A stretch of DNA of 64,000 nucleotides, from NCBI GenBank assembly GCA_028534125.1, contig CM052832.1, positions 6,946,001 through 7,010,000 on the forward strand. The letters run 5' to 3'. This document shows positions 1 to 10,169 of this stretch, one piece after another (the first letter of the stretch is position 1; every line of letters begins with the position of its first letter). Origin of the DNA: Lama glama (taxonomy: Eukaryota). Under the pieces are notes generated by a model. The model searched no databases. It saw only the letters and a list, made by a program, of their open reading frames with translations, and was not told the DNA's origin. The translations under genes were made by a program, and so were the position numbers.

Positions 1-1944
1 GTCTGCCATTTGGAAAAGCCTTTCATTTCCCCTTTGGGCCTAGGGGATTACAAAAGGCAGACTTCTGTCCAATTATAGACTGGCTTAAGCTTGAACGGAT
101 AAACTCAGCCTGAGTCTTCAAGGGAGAGAAAATGAGAGAGGTCCCCTTGACACAAAACCTGGCTCCGTTGCTTCGTCTGTAGCTGGGAGGCTGTTTATAA
201 GAAGGCCCCTCTGAAGCAGAGAACAGAAAGATCTAGACCCACAGTCTTCCCAGGAAATGCTGCAGGAGCTTGAAAGACCTGAGTAGGGTGGGCTTACGGG
301 ACAGCGGGCATTTGGTTGGTAGAACATTTTTCCATTGCATGGTGGCAGAGGAGACCCCCCCTCAACAGACGTTTAGTGAACTGGTTGGGGGTGTGAGAGG
401 GAGGAAGGAGGGGTGGTCCAGAAGGCAGTGACCGTGAGGACAGCCGATATATTGAGTACGCACTCTGCACCAGGCCCTGAGCTCCCATTTTACTTCCATT
501 GTCTCCTTATCTTCCCCATCGGCTCTAGGGGAGGAGTGTGGAGAGGAGGTTGCCCAGCTGCCCTTCTGCCCTCCCCGTGGGGGCTCAGGAACGGCAGTGT
601 GAGCCTGGACTTTTCAAGCTCTATAAACCAAACTTCACTGACATATGATAAAACACTAATTTTGCAGTGTTCCAGAGGGTCCTGGAGTCACGTGACCCTA
701 TTTAGTAACTCTCCTGTATCAGATTTGATTTTAGTGCCACAAGCTTTTAATCTGTTATATTTGGGAGGTTTGTTTAAATGAGAGCTTCCTGAACCCAACT
801 GAGGGGCTGGGTGACCGATTTTGTGATTTTTGTAAAGTCTTCCAGACCAGCTTGTTTTGTTAAAATGCTGAATTAAAAAACTCCACATTCAGACCACCGG
901 GGCAGAGGGCGGGATGAATAACAGTTGAGGAATCTCCCCTATCACAGGGCCCCAGACATCAACCTTTGTCAAGCTGATGTCAAGATACCCTTGTTTTAGT
1001 ATTCGAGGAATTTCCTCGAGGAAAATTCAAGGGATTGCAGGCTCATTCCCTGAATGGAGGGGGATGGATTCATGATCAAAAGCTGGAACTAATTTCTGTA
1101 GCATCTTGAATAATGAAAAAAATGTGAAGGGAGGAAAACAAAACTTTTGACAGTGGCCTAATTAAGTGGAAGGCGTGTTTCCTCCATTAGGACTGGTATT
1201 CTCCGGGGGAGGCTTAATGAGAAGATGTCTCCTTTCAGTTAAACCCATGTGGGAAGGCGTTCTGTTTATTTGGGGCTGTAAGATTTTTATCGCTCTTTGG
1301 TTTCCTGTGCTTTGGTGTGTTTCTGAAGTGGAAGAATTCCAGCTTTCAGTTCTTCTGATCCAAGCACTGACAGCCACAATCAGGCCTAAAGAATAGCATG
1401 ACGGCCCCGTAAATATTTGTGACAGAGGTTCCCAGACATTCAGAGAACACAAAGGCTTCCACGGAGCTTGGATAGAAAGCCACCAGAAAACTGTCACAAG
1501 CCGCATCCCTCAGTCCCGTCCACCCATCTTCCTGGAGTTCCAGACCTTTGAGTCTTTGGTTCTTGAACTACTTGAAGACGTTGTTTGGTTGGGAAATATT
1601 GCTCCGCATAGAAACTCAATGATCTTGGAGAGGACAGACGTCCATGCATGCTTCATTGTAGCAACAGCTAACCAAATGTGAGTCACTCTCCCTTTCTCCC
1701 TTCATCGTCCACGTGAGACTGTCTAGTTTGGGAACACTTGTCTCCAGCCAGTGGACAGTACCTCCGTGTTCATGGGTTTTGTGTGTGGAGCCATCCATTC
1801 AATGGAGAAAGCAAACACAGGTGTGTTGTTGAATTTTTGTGTCATCAAAGAGAGATCTACTGACTCTTTACTAAGGCATAGCATTTCACAAACAGGGCTG
1901 TTTAATTAGCTCTTCCTAAATGTTTGCCTTCCGTGGTCATAATG

Positions 1945-2070
1945 ACAACAGCTCTAAATTTATAAAGCGAACCCTGTGTGTTTTACATGTATTAGCATCT
2001 AGTCATAGGACAGCCCTGCAAGGTAGATATTTCTTGCCTCTAATTTGCAGACAAGAAACCTGAGGCTAAG
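1945..2070 (-). mobile_element. MIR SINE fragment (left part, interrupted by an MLT1 LTR; resumes about 2601-2650)
   Basis: 'tttgcagacaagaaacctgaggct' is the reverse of the MIR core, and 'gggctggagcttgaacccagg' resumes after the LTR. Confidence 0.6.
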
Positions 2071-2600
2071 TGTGAGTTATCTGATGGATAATAAGCCAAC
2101 CCCAGACTTAGTGGCTTTAAACAGTGACGGCATTTGTTTTGCTCATGAACCTGCCGTTTGGCCAGAGCTTAGTGGCGATGACTCATTTTACTTCACTAGG
2201 TGTCATTTGGGACAGCTCAAAGGCTGGGAGGCTAGAATCGTCTGAAGTCTCACTCATTCACATGTCTGGTGGTCGACGCCAACTGTCAGCTGAGAACGTA
2301 GCCTGGGGTGTCAGCTGGAGCACTGCCCAGGGCCCTCTTCTTGGGCTCTGGGCTTCCTCACAACATGGCGGGTTCCGAGGGTGAGCATCACAAAGGAGAG
2401 AGAGAGAGCCGGGCAGAATCTGCATCATTTTTTATGCCCTGGTCTCAGAAGTCACACACTGTGACGTTTCTTTATTCACGAAGGCAGCCGCAAACGCCCA
2501 CCCAGTTTTAAGAGGAAGGAAAATATAGACTTCACCACTGGAGAGCGTATGGAACTGAAAATGGTGCGGTAGCCTCTCTGGGAAAACCAAGTCGGCCACG
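2071..2600 (-). mobile_element. MaLR solo LTR, MLT1 family (MLT1G/H-like)
   Basis: Typical reverse MLT1 text: 'cccagacttagtggctttaaacag', 'gcttcctcacaacatggcgg', 'ctcagaagtcacac', 'atagacttcacc'. Confidence 0.8.
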
Positions 2601-3204
2601 TACAGCTGGGGGATACCAGGGCTGGAGCTTGAACCCAGGGCTGCAGGTGCCCCCATGCCCATTACCCTGTACCCCAGAACTCCGTGACGTCAGGGGCACA
2701 AGCCTGCTCCTAGTGCAGTGGAACTGGGTTGTTAAATCTTACACCTGGGCTAGAGCAGCAGAAAGAGCCAGACTTAGAAGCAGAGGACTTGGACTTTGGG
2801 ACCTCAGAGGGGTTGGTGCAGGCTTATGATATGAATGAGAGCCATTCTGCCTTCCGAAGCAGGGTGGAGTCACTCGATAGATGTACCAGGGAAACCAAAC
2901 TTACATTTCTTGAGCCTTTCCTGGGTTTCATAAAATAAAACACCAAAATAAAACAAGTCACCAAATCATATGCATGCTAACAGAAGGCATGTTGGAAGGA
3001 CAGGTCCTTGGTATTAAATAATAATAATGACAAGGAATATTGTCTGGCTTACTAATAAGAAAACCTCAGGTATCTATCTAATAACGGGAAAACTTTTTAA
3101 TTAAAAGGAGATAAATTCTAGAAAAATATATACCACTGGAATGAGACAGGAGACAGAACTAACAAGGAAGACTTAAACCAAGCAAGCCCTGCAGCATTTC
3201 AGCA

Positions 3205-3275
3205 TTTTTTTCCTTTTCTTCTTTTCTTTTCTTTCCTTTTCCTTTTTTTTTTTTGTTTTGTTTTGTTTTGTTTTT
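3205..3275. repeat. Pyrimidine-rich simple repeat (TTTTC)n / poly-T / (TTTTG)n
   Basis: Directly visible. Confidence 0.9.
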
Positions 3276-3455
3276 AAGCTCAGGGTAGATATAGGTTTAA
3301 AGCCAGAGTGATTTCTGACTTGGGGAGGAGAAGCGTGTTCTCGGGAGTAGATGAGTTCTCCAAAGGTCACCGAGTGTGGAGGAGGGAGAGCAGTGAGCTG
3401 AGAGGGCAAAGGTTGGGAAGAGGAGGATGTCAGCAGAGGACCAGGACAGTCACTT

Positions 3456-3633
3456 GCAGGACCCGCTGCCTAATTTCTGGGGCCCACTGCAAAGTGAAAA
3501 TGAGGGATCCTTCACTGAGAAACAATGAGGAATTTCGAGACCACGACAGTAGCACATTAAGCCAAGTGTGGGGCCCTTCTGAGCTCTGAGATTTATGTAT
3601 CTGCACAGATGGCATGTCTGTGAAGCCGGCCTG
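3456..3633 (+). mobile_element. MER91A-like non-autonomous hAT-Tip100 DNA transposon
   Basis: 'taatttctggggcccactgcaaagtgaaaatg...gcacattaagccaagtgtggggcccttctgagc...tgaagccggcctg' matches the remembered MER91A consensus. Confidence 0.75.
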
Positions 3634-3743
3634 TCCACACAAGAGGCACCAGGTGACAAGGCAGACTGCAGAGGGCTGAATGTTAAGAGGAAAAGATAAT
3701 CCAAAGTTCTAGCTGCAAGAGAAAGGTCAGGTAGGGGTAGGTC

Positions 3744-3877
3744 AGGAAGGAAGGAAGAGAGAGAGAGAAAGAAAGAAAGAAAGGGAAGGAAGGAAGAAAG
3801 AGGGAGGGAAGGAAGGAAGGAAGAAAAGAAAAGAAAAGAGAAAAGAAAAAAGAAAAGAAAAGAAAAAAGAAAAGAGA
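3744..3877. repeat. Polypurine compound microsatellite (GGAA/GA/GAAA/GAAAA)n
   Basis: About 130 nt with only A/G on the + strand. Confidence 0.95.
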
Positions 3878-4463
3878 ACTTGCTTACTCCCAGAAAGTGA
3901 TTAAAAGAGAATTATTTCAGAAGAGGGTGTTAAGTAGAAGCAGGATTGGCAAGAATTTTAAGAGAGAGCCAGTCACTTATTCAAATAGTCTGGACATGAA
4001 GGAATGGGTAGGGGGACATGTAGGAGTGGAGAGAAGGGGCTGGAAGAAGGGTCACTGGTGTGGAGTTGGGCTGGAAAGGGCAGTTCTTTCTCAGAGGGTG
4101 TGTGGACAAACAGGAGGGTGAGTACAGACTCAGTGCAGGAGCCATAAATCTCAAGGCAGGCTGAAGGTCACTCCCAAGAGATCTCCATCCCAGCAGTAGT
4201 ATGCTACACATCAAGTCGCAGGCAGACTTGGGCCCAAGACCACTCTCAGACCAGGCCGGTTACTCGGGGTCAGGGTACCACTGGACGCTGCTCTCTGAGT
4301 CAGACACTTAAACCAAGTAGCTTTCTAGGTTTGGAGCCTACAAGTTCCTTTGGGAAGGGGTATATTCAGTTGTTTATAAAACCATCTGGTGAGCTGAAGT
4401 GTTGATGACAGATACGGAATTGATGGGTTTAGCCATCTTAGGTGATATTTTTGAATCACCTGG

Positions 4464-4896
4464 TGTGATGTTTAATTTTTAGGTATCAACTTAATTTTTA
4501 GGTGTCAACTTGGCTAGACTGTGGTGCTCAGATAGTTGGTCACACATTATGCTGAATGTATCCAGCAGGTGTTTTGGGATGAGATTCACATTTAAATCAG
4601 CGGACTTCGAATAAAGCAGATGACCCTCTATCCTGTGTGTGAGCCTCACCCAATCAGTTGAAGGCCTGAATAGAGAAATAACTGACAGCCTTCTGAGGAA
4701 GAGGGAAGACCTCCTTTGGACTTGAACTGCGACTCTTTCCCGAATCTCCAACTTGATGACATATCCCATGAGGTTTTAGGCTTACCGAGCATCCGCAGTC
4801 TGGTGGAGCCAAGTTCCTGTCTCTGTCTCTGTCTCCATCTAGACAGACACACAAATCCTGCTGGTTCTATTTCTCTGGAGAACCCTGACAAAGACA
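4464..4896 (+). mobile_element. ERVL solo LTR, MLT2 family
   Basis: TG...CA termini. 'tgtgatgtttaatttt...gtgtcaacttggctag', 'caatcagttgaaggcctgaatag' and 'ggttctatttctctggagaaccctgac' match MLT2. Flanks cctgg (4459-4463) and cctag (4897-4901) are a 4/5 match to a 5-bp TSD. Confidence 0.9.
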
Positions 4897-5459
4897 CCTA
4901 GAATTCTTCACATCACACTGTACAGGCAGCCGTCTGCCATCTGCATAGAGCCAGTTCAGCCTTTATCATCAACCTTAGATAAATGCTGGGAATCTCTGAG
5001 GCCTCAAATGTATACTTGGCACCTGACTATTTATTGAACGGAAAGTGCCTGAGTGACCCCAGAGAGTGCAACTGTTTTTTTTTTTGTGGCCGCTGAGAAC
5101 AAGCATGTTGTTTCTTCAAGGGTGGAACTCCCCATCGTCAAGTGGACCACAAACCCCAAGTCCATTCTCTGTTCATGGGAGGCTGACCAACCAAATTAGG
5201 GGAATTGTCCTTTGATATTTTAAAAGAACTGTCATAATAAGGAACACTATCTGGCTTATACACATGAGAGAAAGTGGGCAGATCCAGATATTGTTATGAT
5301 AAAGGAAAATCCTTCCTCTTCCACGTTGATAGGAATCAGTTTAGTGCGATAGAGATGAGTCATCGTAAAGCCAAAGAAAGTCCTCTTCCTGTGGTCTCTG
5401 TCTCTTTGACACTCTTTCCTGTAAGATGACAGCCAGCCTAGCACAGGGGAAGGCTGGGG

Positions 5460-5590
5460 CTCAGGACCCAGGAGCTACATCCCTGATTCTGCCGTGGGAC
5501 CTGTGAAACCATGGGCAAGATGTCTAACCTTTCTGGACCTGCTTCCTCACTAGTAAAAGGAAAGAGCTGGATTGCAGCATCCCTGAGGTC
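5460..5590 (+). mobile_element. MIR/MIR3 SINE fragment
   Basis: 'tgtgaaaccatgggcaagatgtctaacctttctggacctgcttcctcactagtaaaagg' resembles the MIR core. Confidence 0.6.
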
Positions 5591-5851
5591 AGCTGCAGCC
5601 CCACGGTTGCAGAATTCTTTATCTGTAACTTGAAAAAAATGTTTAATCACTTAAGTCCGCAGGGACAGTTTTCAGGGGCCGAAGCAGTGAAAAGTTGAAA
5701 CGTGGTATAAATGGTGACTTAATTAGCTTTCTGGAGAAAATTCAGGTCTCCTTCTTCCACTACCTCACTTAGGCCTTCACCTTGTGAGATTTTTATGGGA
5801 ACCAGAGAAATAGCCTAAAAATCTATTTTGAAATGCCAGACATTTGAGCAT

Positions 5852-6400
5852 CTGTCATAGTCTGGGTGCAATCAGGAGAGAGAAACCACACAGTGGTTTT
5901 AGCAGAAGAAGTTTAATGTAAAGAAGTATTAACTATGATAAAGGAGTAACTATTACATATGAGGATAGTCTTTGGGGTACTCTAGACCTGAAGAGGAATA
6001 ACCAAGGATGACAGACTTGGAAGGGGTTCAAATCTCACTGGAGAAGGTGTGGTCAGCCCAGCAGGAAGCACAGAAGTTCACTGGTCTGGCGAGGCCAGAG
6101 CTGGTTTGGAGATGACAGGCAGACAGTAGGCCACCCTCCAGAGGTCAGGAGGGGGCCAGATGATCAGCAGTGGGGGTGTAGGGGTACAGGGGGATCCAGG
6201 GCCAGTGCGACAGGAGGCCTTGGCCACAAAGGGCTTGCAAAGTAAGTGGCAGATCTGTGTGGGCACTCTGGCCAAGGGCAGGCTGTATGCAAGCTACGTG
6301 GGGGCTTTGACTTCTGTGTCCAGAGGGCTGCAGAAAGGTTATCGCCAGCATGAGGCTGCCAGGGGCCAGATGGGCTGGGGCTGAGACAGGCTGATTTCTT
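5852..6400. mobile_element. Ancient ERV-like LTR fragment, family uncertain
   Basis: Begins 'tgtcatagtctgggtgcaatcaggagagagaaaccacacagtg...gaagtttaatgtaaagaa', typical of old eutherian LTR ends. The right boundary is approximate. Confidence 0.45.
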
Positions 6401-6513
6401 CCCTCTTCTGGACCTTGGTGCCCGGGAATGACTTTGGGGGCAGTTATCAGCTTCATATTATTGTCTGGAGGAGAAGCTCTAGGTACTGGGTTTGTTCACA
6501 GGATATCTTATAC

Positions 6514-6873
6514 CAACAGTTCTCAAATGTTCGTGGGTTCCTGATACCCTGCTGGGAGCTCTGGGAGGTCATCACTTCTCCCTGGGATTGCTGTTCTGTG
6601 GGCAGAATCTGCTGGTGCTTGAGCACAAATTGAGGCAGTGGTAGAATGGAGGAGTCATGCCCAGAGAGAAAAAAAAGGAGCCAGTCTCATTTATGAATGA
6701 TCTTGATGAAGCAGCAAAATGGTCTAATGTAATTAAATCTCAGCCCTTGAGTACGTATCACGTGCAGTAATATCACCATCAAGCTCATCAGAAAAGTTCA
6801 AGCAAAGAGAAGCAGTCAAGTTCCAAAGAATATGAAAAAGAATGTGTATATATATATATATTTATAAATATAC

Positions 6874-6904
<31 letters not shown>

Positions 6905-7638
6905 ATTGAATCACTTTGCCGGACACCAGAAACTAATACATTGTAAATCCACTAAACTTCAATAAAAAGAAACTTAAACATTTTTTAAAAAGTAAATAAG
7001 GAATGTATCACCCTTTGGAACATCAGTGAAACACTGTTTTCCAAGTGACAAATTTGTGATGTTACAAAATCATTCGTGGGTAAAAAGATCCATTCAAAGT
7101 GCGAGAGAGATGAATGGGTCTGAGTGGAACAGAAGGACTTCACTGATAGGGCTTCAGATTCCACCCATCAACTCATGTTGAAGAAGCTACCACTTGCTGA
7201 GTTTCGATATGGTATAGAAGAGAAATACCCACAAGAATCTGAAAAGGCTGTTAAATTACTCCTGCCTTTTCCAGCAAGGTATCTGGCTAAGGCCAGGATT
7301 TCTTCCTATACTGCAAACAAATAGCAGACGATGGAATGTAGAGCTGACTTTCATTAAGTCAGATATCAAAGATTTGTAAAAAAGTAAAACAACTCTACTT
7401 ACTAAATTATTTTTTTTAATATATGGTTTCTTTATATTAAAATGTGTTATTTAGGTTAACATGGAATATGTTTATCATTATTATATTTTAATGAATATGT
7501 AAGTAAATGTGTGAATAGTTTTAGCTCTAATTGTAATACAGTACATATTGATAGCTCTAATTCACATCAACAGAAGCTCTCTGGGAGCCCTCAGCAATCT
7601 TGCAAGGTGTATGTGGACCAAAGAGTTTGAGACTGCTG
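6514..7638 (+). mobile_element. Charlie1-family hAT DNA transposon (internally deleted, decayed transposase C-terminus)
   Basis: TIR-like ends caacagttctcaaa (6514) and tttgagactgctg (7638). 8-bp flanks tcttatac / tcttaaat match 6/8. ORF 7124-7324 (KKLPLAEF...EEKYPQESEKAVKLLLPFPARYLAKARISSY) resembles the hAT dimerisation domain. Confidence 0.85.
6826..6985 (+). mobile_element. L1 extreme 3' end with (TA)n(TG)n, nested in the Charlie1 element
   Basis: 'aagaatatgaaaaagaatgt...tataattgaatcactttgcc...acaccagaaactaatacattgtaaat...cttcaataaaaa' is the artiodactyl-type L1 terminus. Confidence 0.8.
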
Positions 7639-7806
7639 TCTTAAATAGATTTCCGTTAACCACTTGAATCCACAAAATAGCAGGAAGTTATAAGTGCTTG
7701 AAGCCAAGAGAGGGAGGTGACTTACTCAAGGTCACATGGTGAATCAGAGTCAGAGGTGGGTCTAGATCATGGTCTCCAGCCAAGCAGTTAAGAGCTCTCG
7801 ATCTGG

Positions 7807-7908
7807 CGGGGAGGGGAAATAGCTCAGTGGTAGAGCACATGCTTAGCATAGCATGCGTGAGGTCCTGGGTTCAATCCCCATTACCTCTGCTAAGTTAAAA
7901 AAAAAAAA
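7807..7908 (+). mobile_element. tRNA-Ala-derived SINE (camelid vic-1-like)
   Basis: A box tagctcagtggtagagc, AGC anticodon region, B box gggttcaatccc and an A tail. TSD agctctc(g/c)atctgg at 7793-7806 and 7909-7922 (13/14). Confidence 0.9.
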
Positions 7909-7924
7909 AGCTCTCCATCTGGCT

Positions 7925-8105
7925 CTGGGTCCATCCCGGGACCCTCAGGCCAGTTATTCCCCTGACTGTAATTTCCCCCCAGTGGCCACCTCTGTAAAAG
8001 GTTAACATTATCTCTCTATACAGGTTCGCATGAGGAATAAACGCACTTATGGGAAGCACTTAGAACAATGCCTGACATTCATTGGTTTTTATTAACATTA
8101 TTATT
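7925..8105 (+). mobile_element. MIR SINE
   Basis: 'cacctctgtaaaagg...catgaggaataaacgcacttatgggaagcacttagaacaatgcctgaca'. Confidence 0.7.
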
Positions 8106-9234
8106 ATATGAATATTTTGTCCAACTAGTAAGAATTTCAATATTTTATGAATTCCTCCTTCAGTTCCCTATGACCCACCCCCAACCCCACTCACTACCGG
8201 CCCTGGGGAAAACGTCCCTTTGTCCGGATGTCTTGAAGAACCAAGAACCAGCTGCCTGTGAAGTGAGTGCTGCTTGGGAAAGAAAGTCTTAGGGAACTGA
8301 CGGCATCCACTCAAGTTAGCACCAAGCTGTTATTAAATTAATAGACACCTGTCCGAGTGTGGCTTTATCCGTAACCTCAGCTCTGTGGGCAGGTGTGGCC
8401 GCACTGTGCCCTCCACCTTTCTGATTTTACGTAACGGAGCCCGTGGTGTCTCAGGCACTCAGGCTGTGTCTGTTTCCAGCCCTGAGGAAAAGGGAGAACT
8501 GAACAGGGATGGCGTTTTCCGTGTAGTTAAGAGAGAGGTAAAATAACTGTAATTTCATAGCAATCACCCACAAGCGCTGCCGCCAAAGGCGCCAGTTCTC
8601 CACTATAAACCTGAACCACTGCGGGGAGCGCGTGGCAAGGCAGAAATGAGCACACCATGAGGCGCTCGTGTATGACAGAAAGAAGGCATCACTGCCTCCC
8701 CACCCGAACCCCTCGGCACACAAACCCCAAGGGGAAAAACACTTTGTGCAGCTTGGAGTGTAGTATTTTCTCCTTCTCTTTCAATAAAAGAGAAAAAAGT
8801 GAAAGAGAGAAATCTTAGTAAGCCCCCATTCCAGGATGTTGGCTGCATTGTTGGCAGCTTTGCGAGCAAGACTGGGGGCGTCTTCCCTTCCCGTCCCCTC
8901 CCTGGCAGTGGAGCCCGTCCTGATGGGGCCTCGGTTTCCCGGGGAGCCAACAGCAAACGAGAGCGAGTGGGTGGTTTCTCCCTCCAAATCCCATTTCGGG
9001 GCCAGGATACCACTCAGTGGGAGTAAATTATACAGAGATCAGTTCTCCAACCATTTTGTTCGTTCATGTGTTTGCTGAAAATGTATTCTTTATAAAATGC
9101 AGGTCTCTAGCCCACTCCGAGGTAAAGAGAGGCTTGCCTTTCAGACACACACACACCCGCTGTTTGAGGAGGGTGCTGAGAAGGGGAAGGCAGTGGGGGT
9201 AGCAGGATGCAGCCCCTCAGTAATGCTGTCTGTC

Positions 9235-9375
9235 ATGGTCACCTGTGTTCCTGCTTATCACCCCTGCAGAAGACTGCAAGCTCCTGAGTGAATGCATTTT
9301 TTTCAATCCCCTGTGTAATTACCTCCAGTGCCTTGCACACAATGAATTGATGGTCAATATATATTTGTTGAGTAA
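9235..9375 (+). mobile_element. L2 LINE 3' end
   Basis: 'gactgcaagctcctgag...ctccagtgccttgcacaca...tcaatatatatttgttgagt'. Confidence 0.6.
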
Positions 9376-9594
9376 AAGGATAATTTTACAAATGACTAGT
9401 TTATTGACACTGAAGGTCAAGTAGTAGTTAGAATGAAGTGGGGTATTAATTGACATCTTGAGCCTGATGATGGGTCTAGATATAAAGAGGTAGGATTAAA
9501 GTCTGAGGCTCTGTACTCATGACATCCTCATGGAGCAAAGAGCAAAGTGTAGAAGAAGGTAAACTCCAGAGGAACGTACTTTGGCAAGGTATAG

Positions 9595-9800
9595 CCAAAG
9601 AAAAGCATTTCTCATGGTTAGAACTGTCCTCAGAATGGACTGTTTGAGGGCTTTAAATTGCTGGTGAGTGGAGATATTTAAGCATAGGCTAGACGATTCC
9701 TTGGGGGTATAGAAGTTGGTGGTCTGATGTCATTTGTGTTAGATGATGTGATGTCAAAGGTTTCTTTCCACCTTGGGATGCTAGGGTTCCATGGTTTCAG
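9595..9800 (+). mobile_element. CR1/L3 LINE 3' fragment
   Basis: 'tttctcatggttagaactgt...tggagatatttaagcataggctagacga...aggtttctttccacc...ttccatg' resembles the CR1 3' end. Confidence 0.6.
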
Positions 9801-10059
9801 ATTCCCCATAATCACCATGTTGGAGGTTCACGTTCAGTTCAGCACCTATTTACTGAGCCCTTACCCTGTGCCAGGCATCGCCCTGCACGAACATTAGGAG
9901 GACAACGACAAATCACAGAGGGCCACTGCCCTTTCAGGTAAGGCTGGGGCATGGATTTAGTCTGTTCTTGTCGGATCGGGGCCCGGGTGTTAGTAACCCT
10001 GCATGCCTTCCTGCTGACGTGCCCAAGCCGACCCGGGACTCTGCTGCTCTTCTTTCTAG

Positions 10060-10169
10060 GCTGGCGTCGATGGGGAGAGCATCGGCAACTGCCCCTTCTC
10101 TCAGCGCCTCTTCATGATCCTCTGGCTGAAAGGAGTTGTGTTCAACGTCACCACCGTGGATCTGAAAAG
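10060..10169 (+). CDS. CLIC5: Chloride intracellular channel 5, internal coding exon (conventional exon 2; 110 bp; [37 protein letters not shown])
   Basis: Acceptor ...ctcttctttctAG (10058-59), branch-like TGCTGAC at 10012, donor GTaaag at 10170. Contains the CLIC/GST-omega CPFS motif and the putative transmembrane segment. Not captured by the ORF track. Confidence 0.97.

Noticed and set aside
7807..7885. Functional tRNA-Ala gene (also 43020-43090 and 61335-61400)
   Set aside because: A tail, TSD, an insertion in the anticodon arm and a non-pairing acceptor stem indicate SINE copies.
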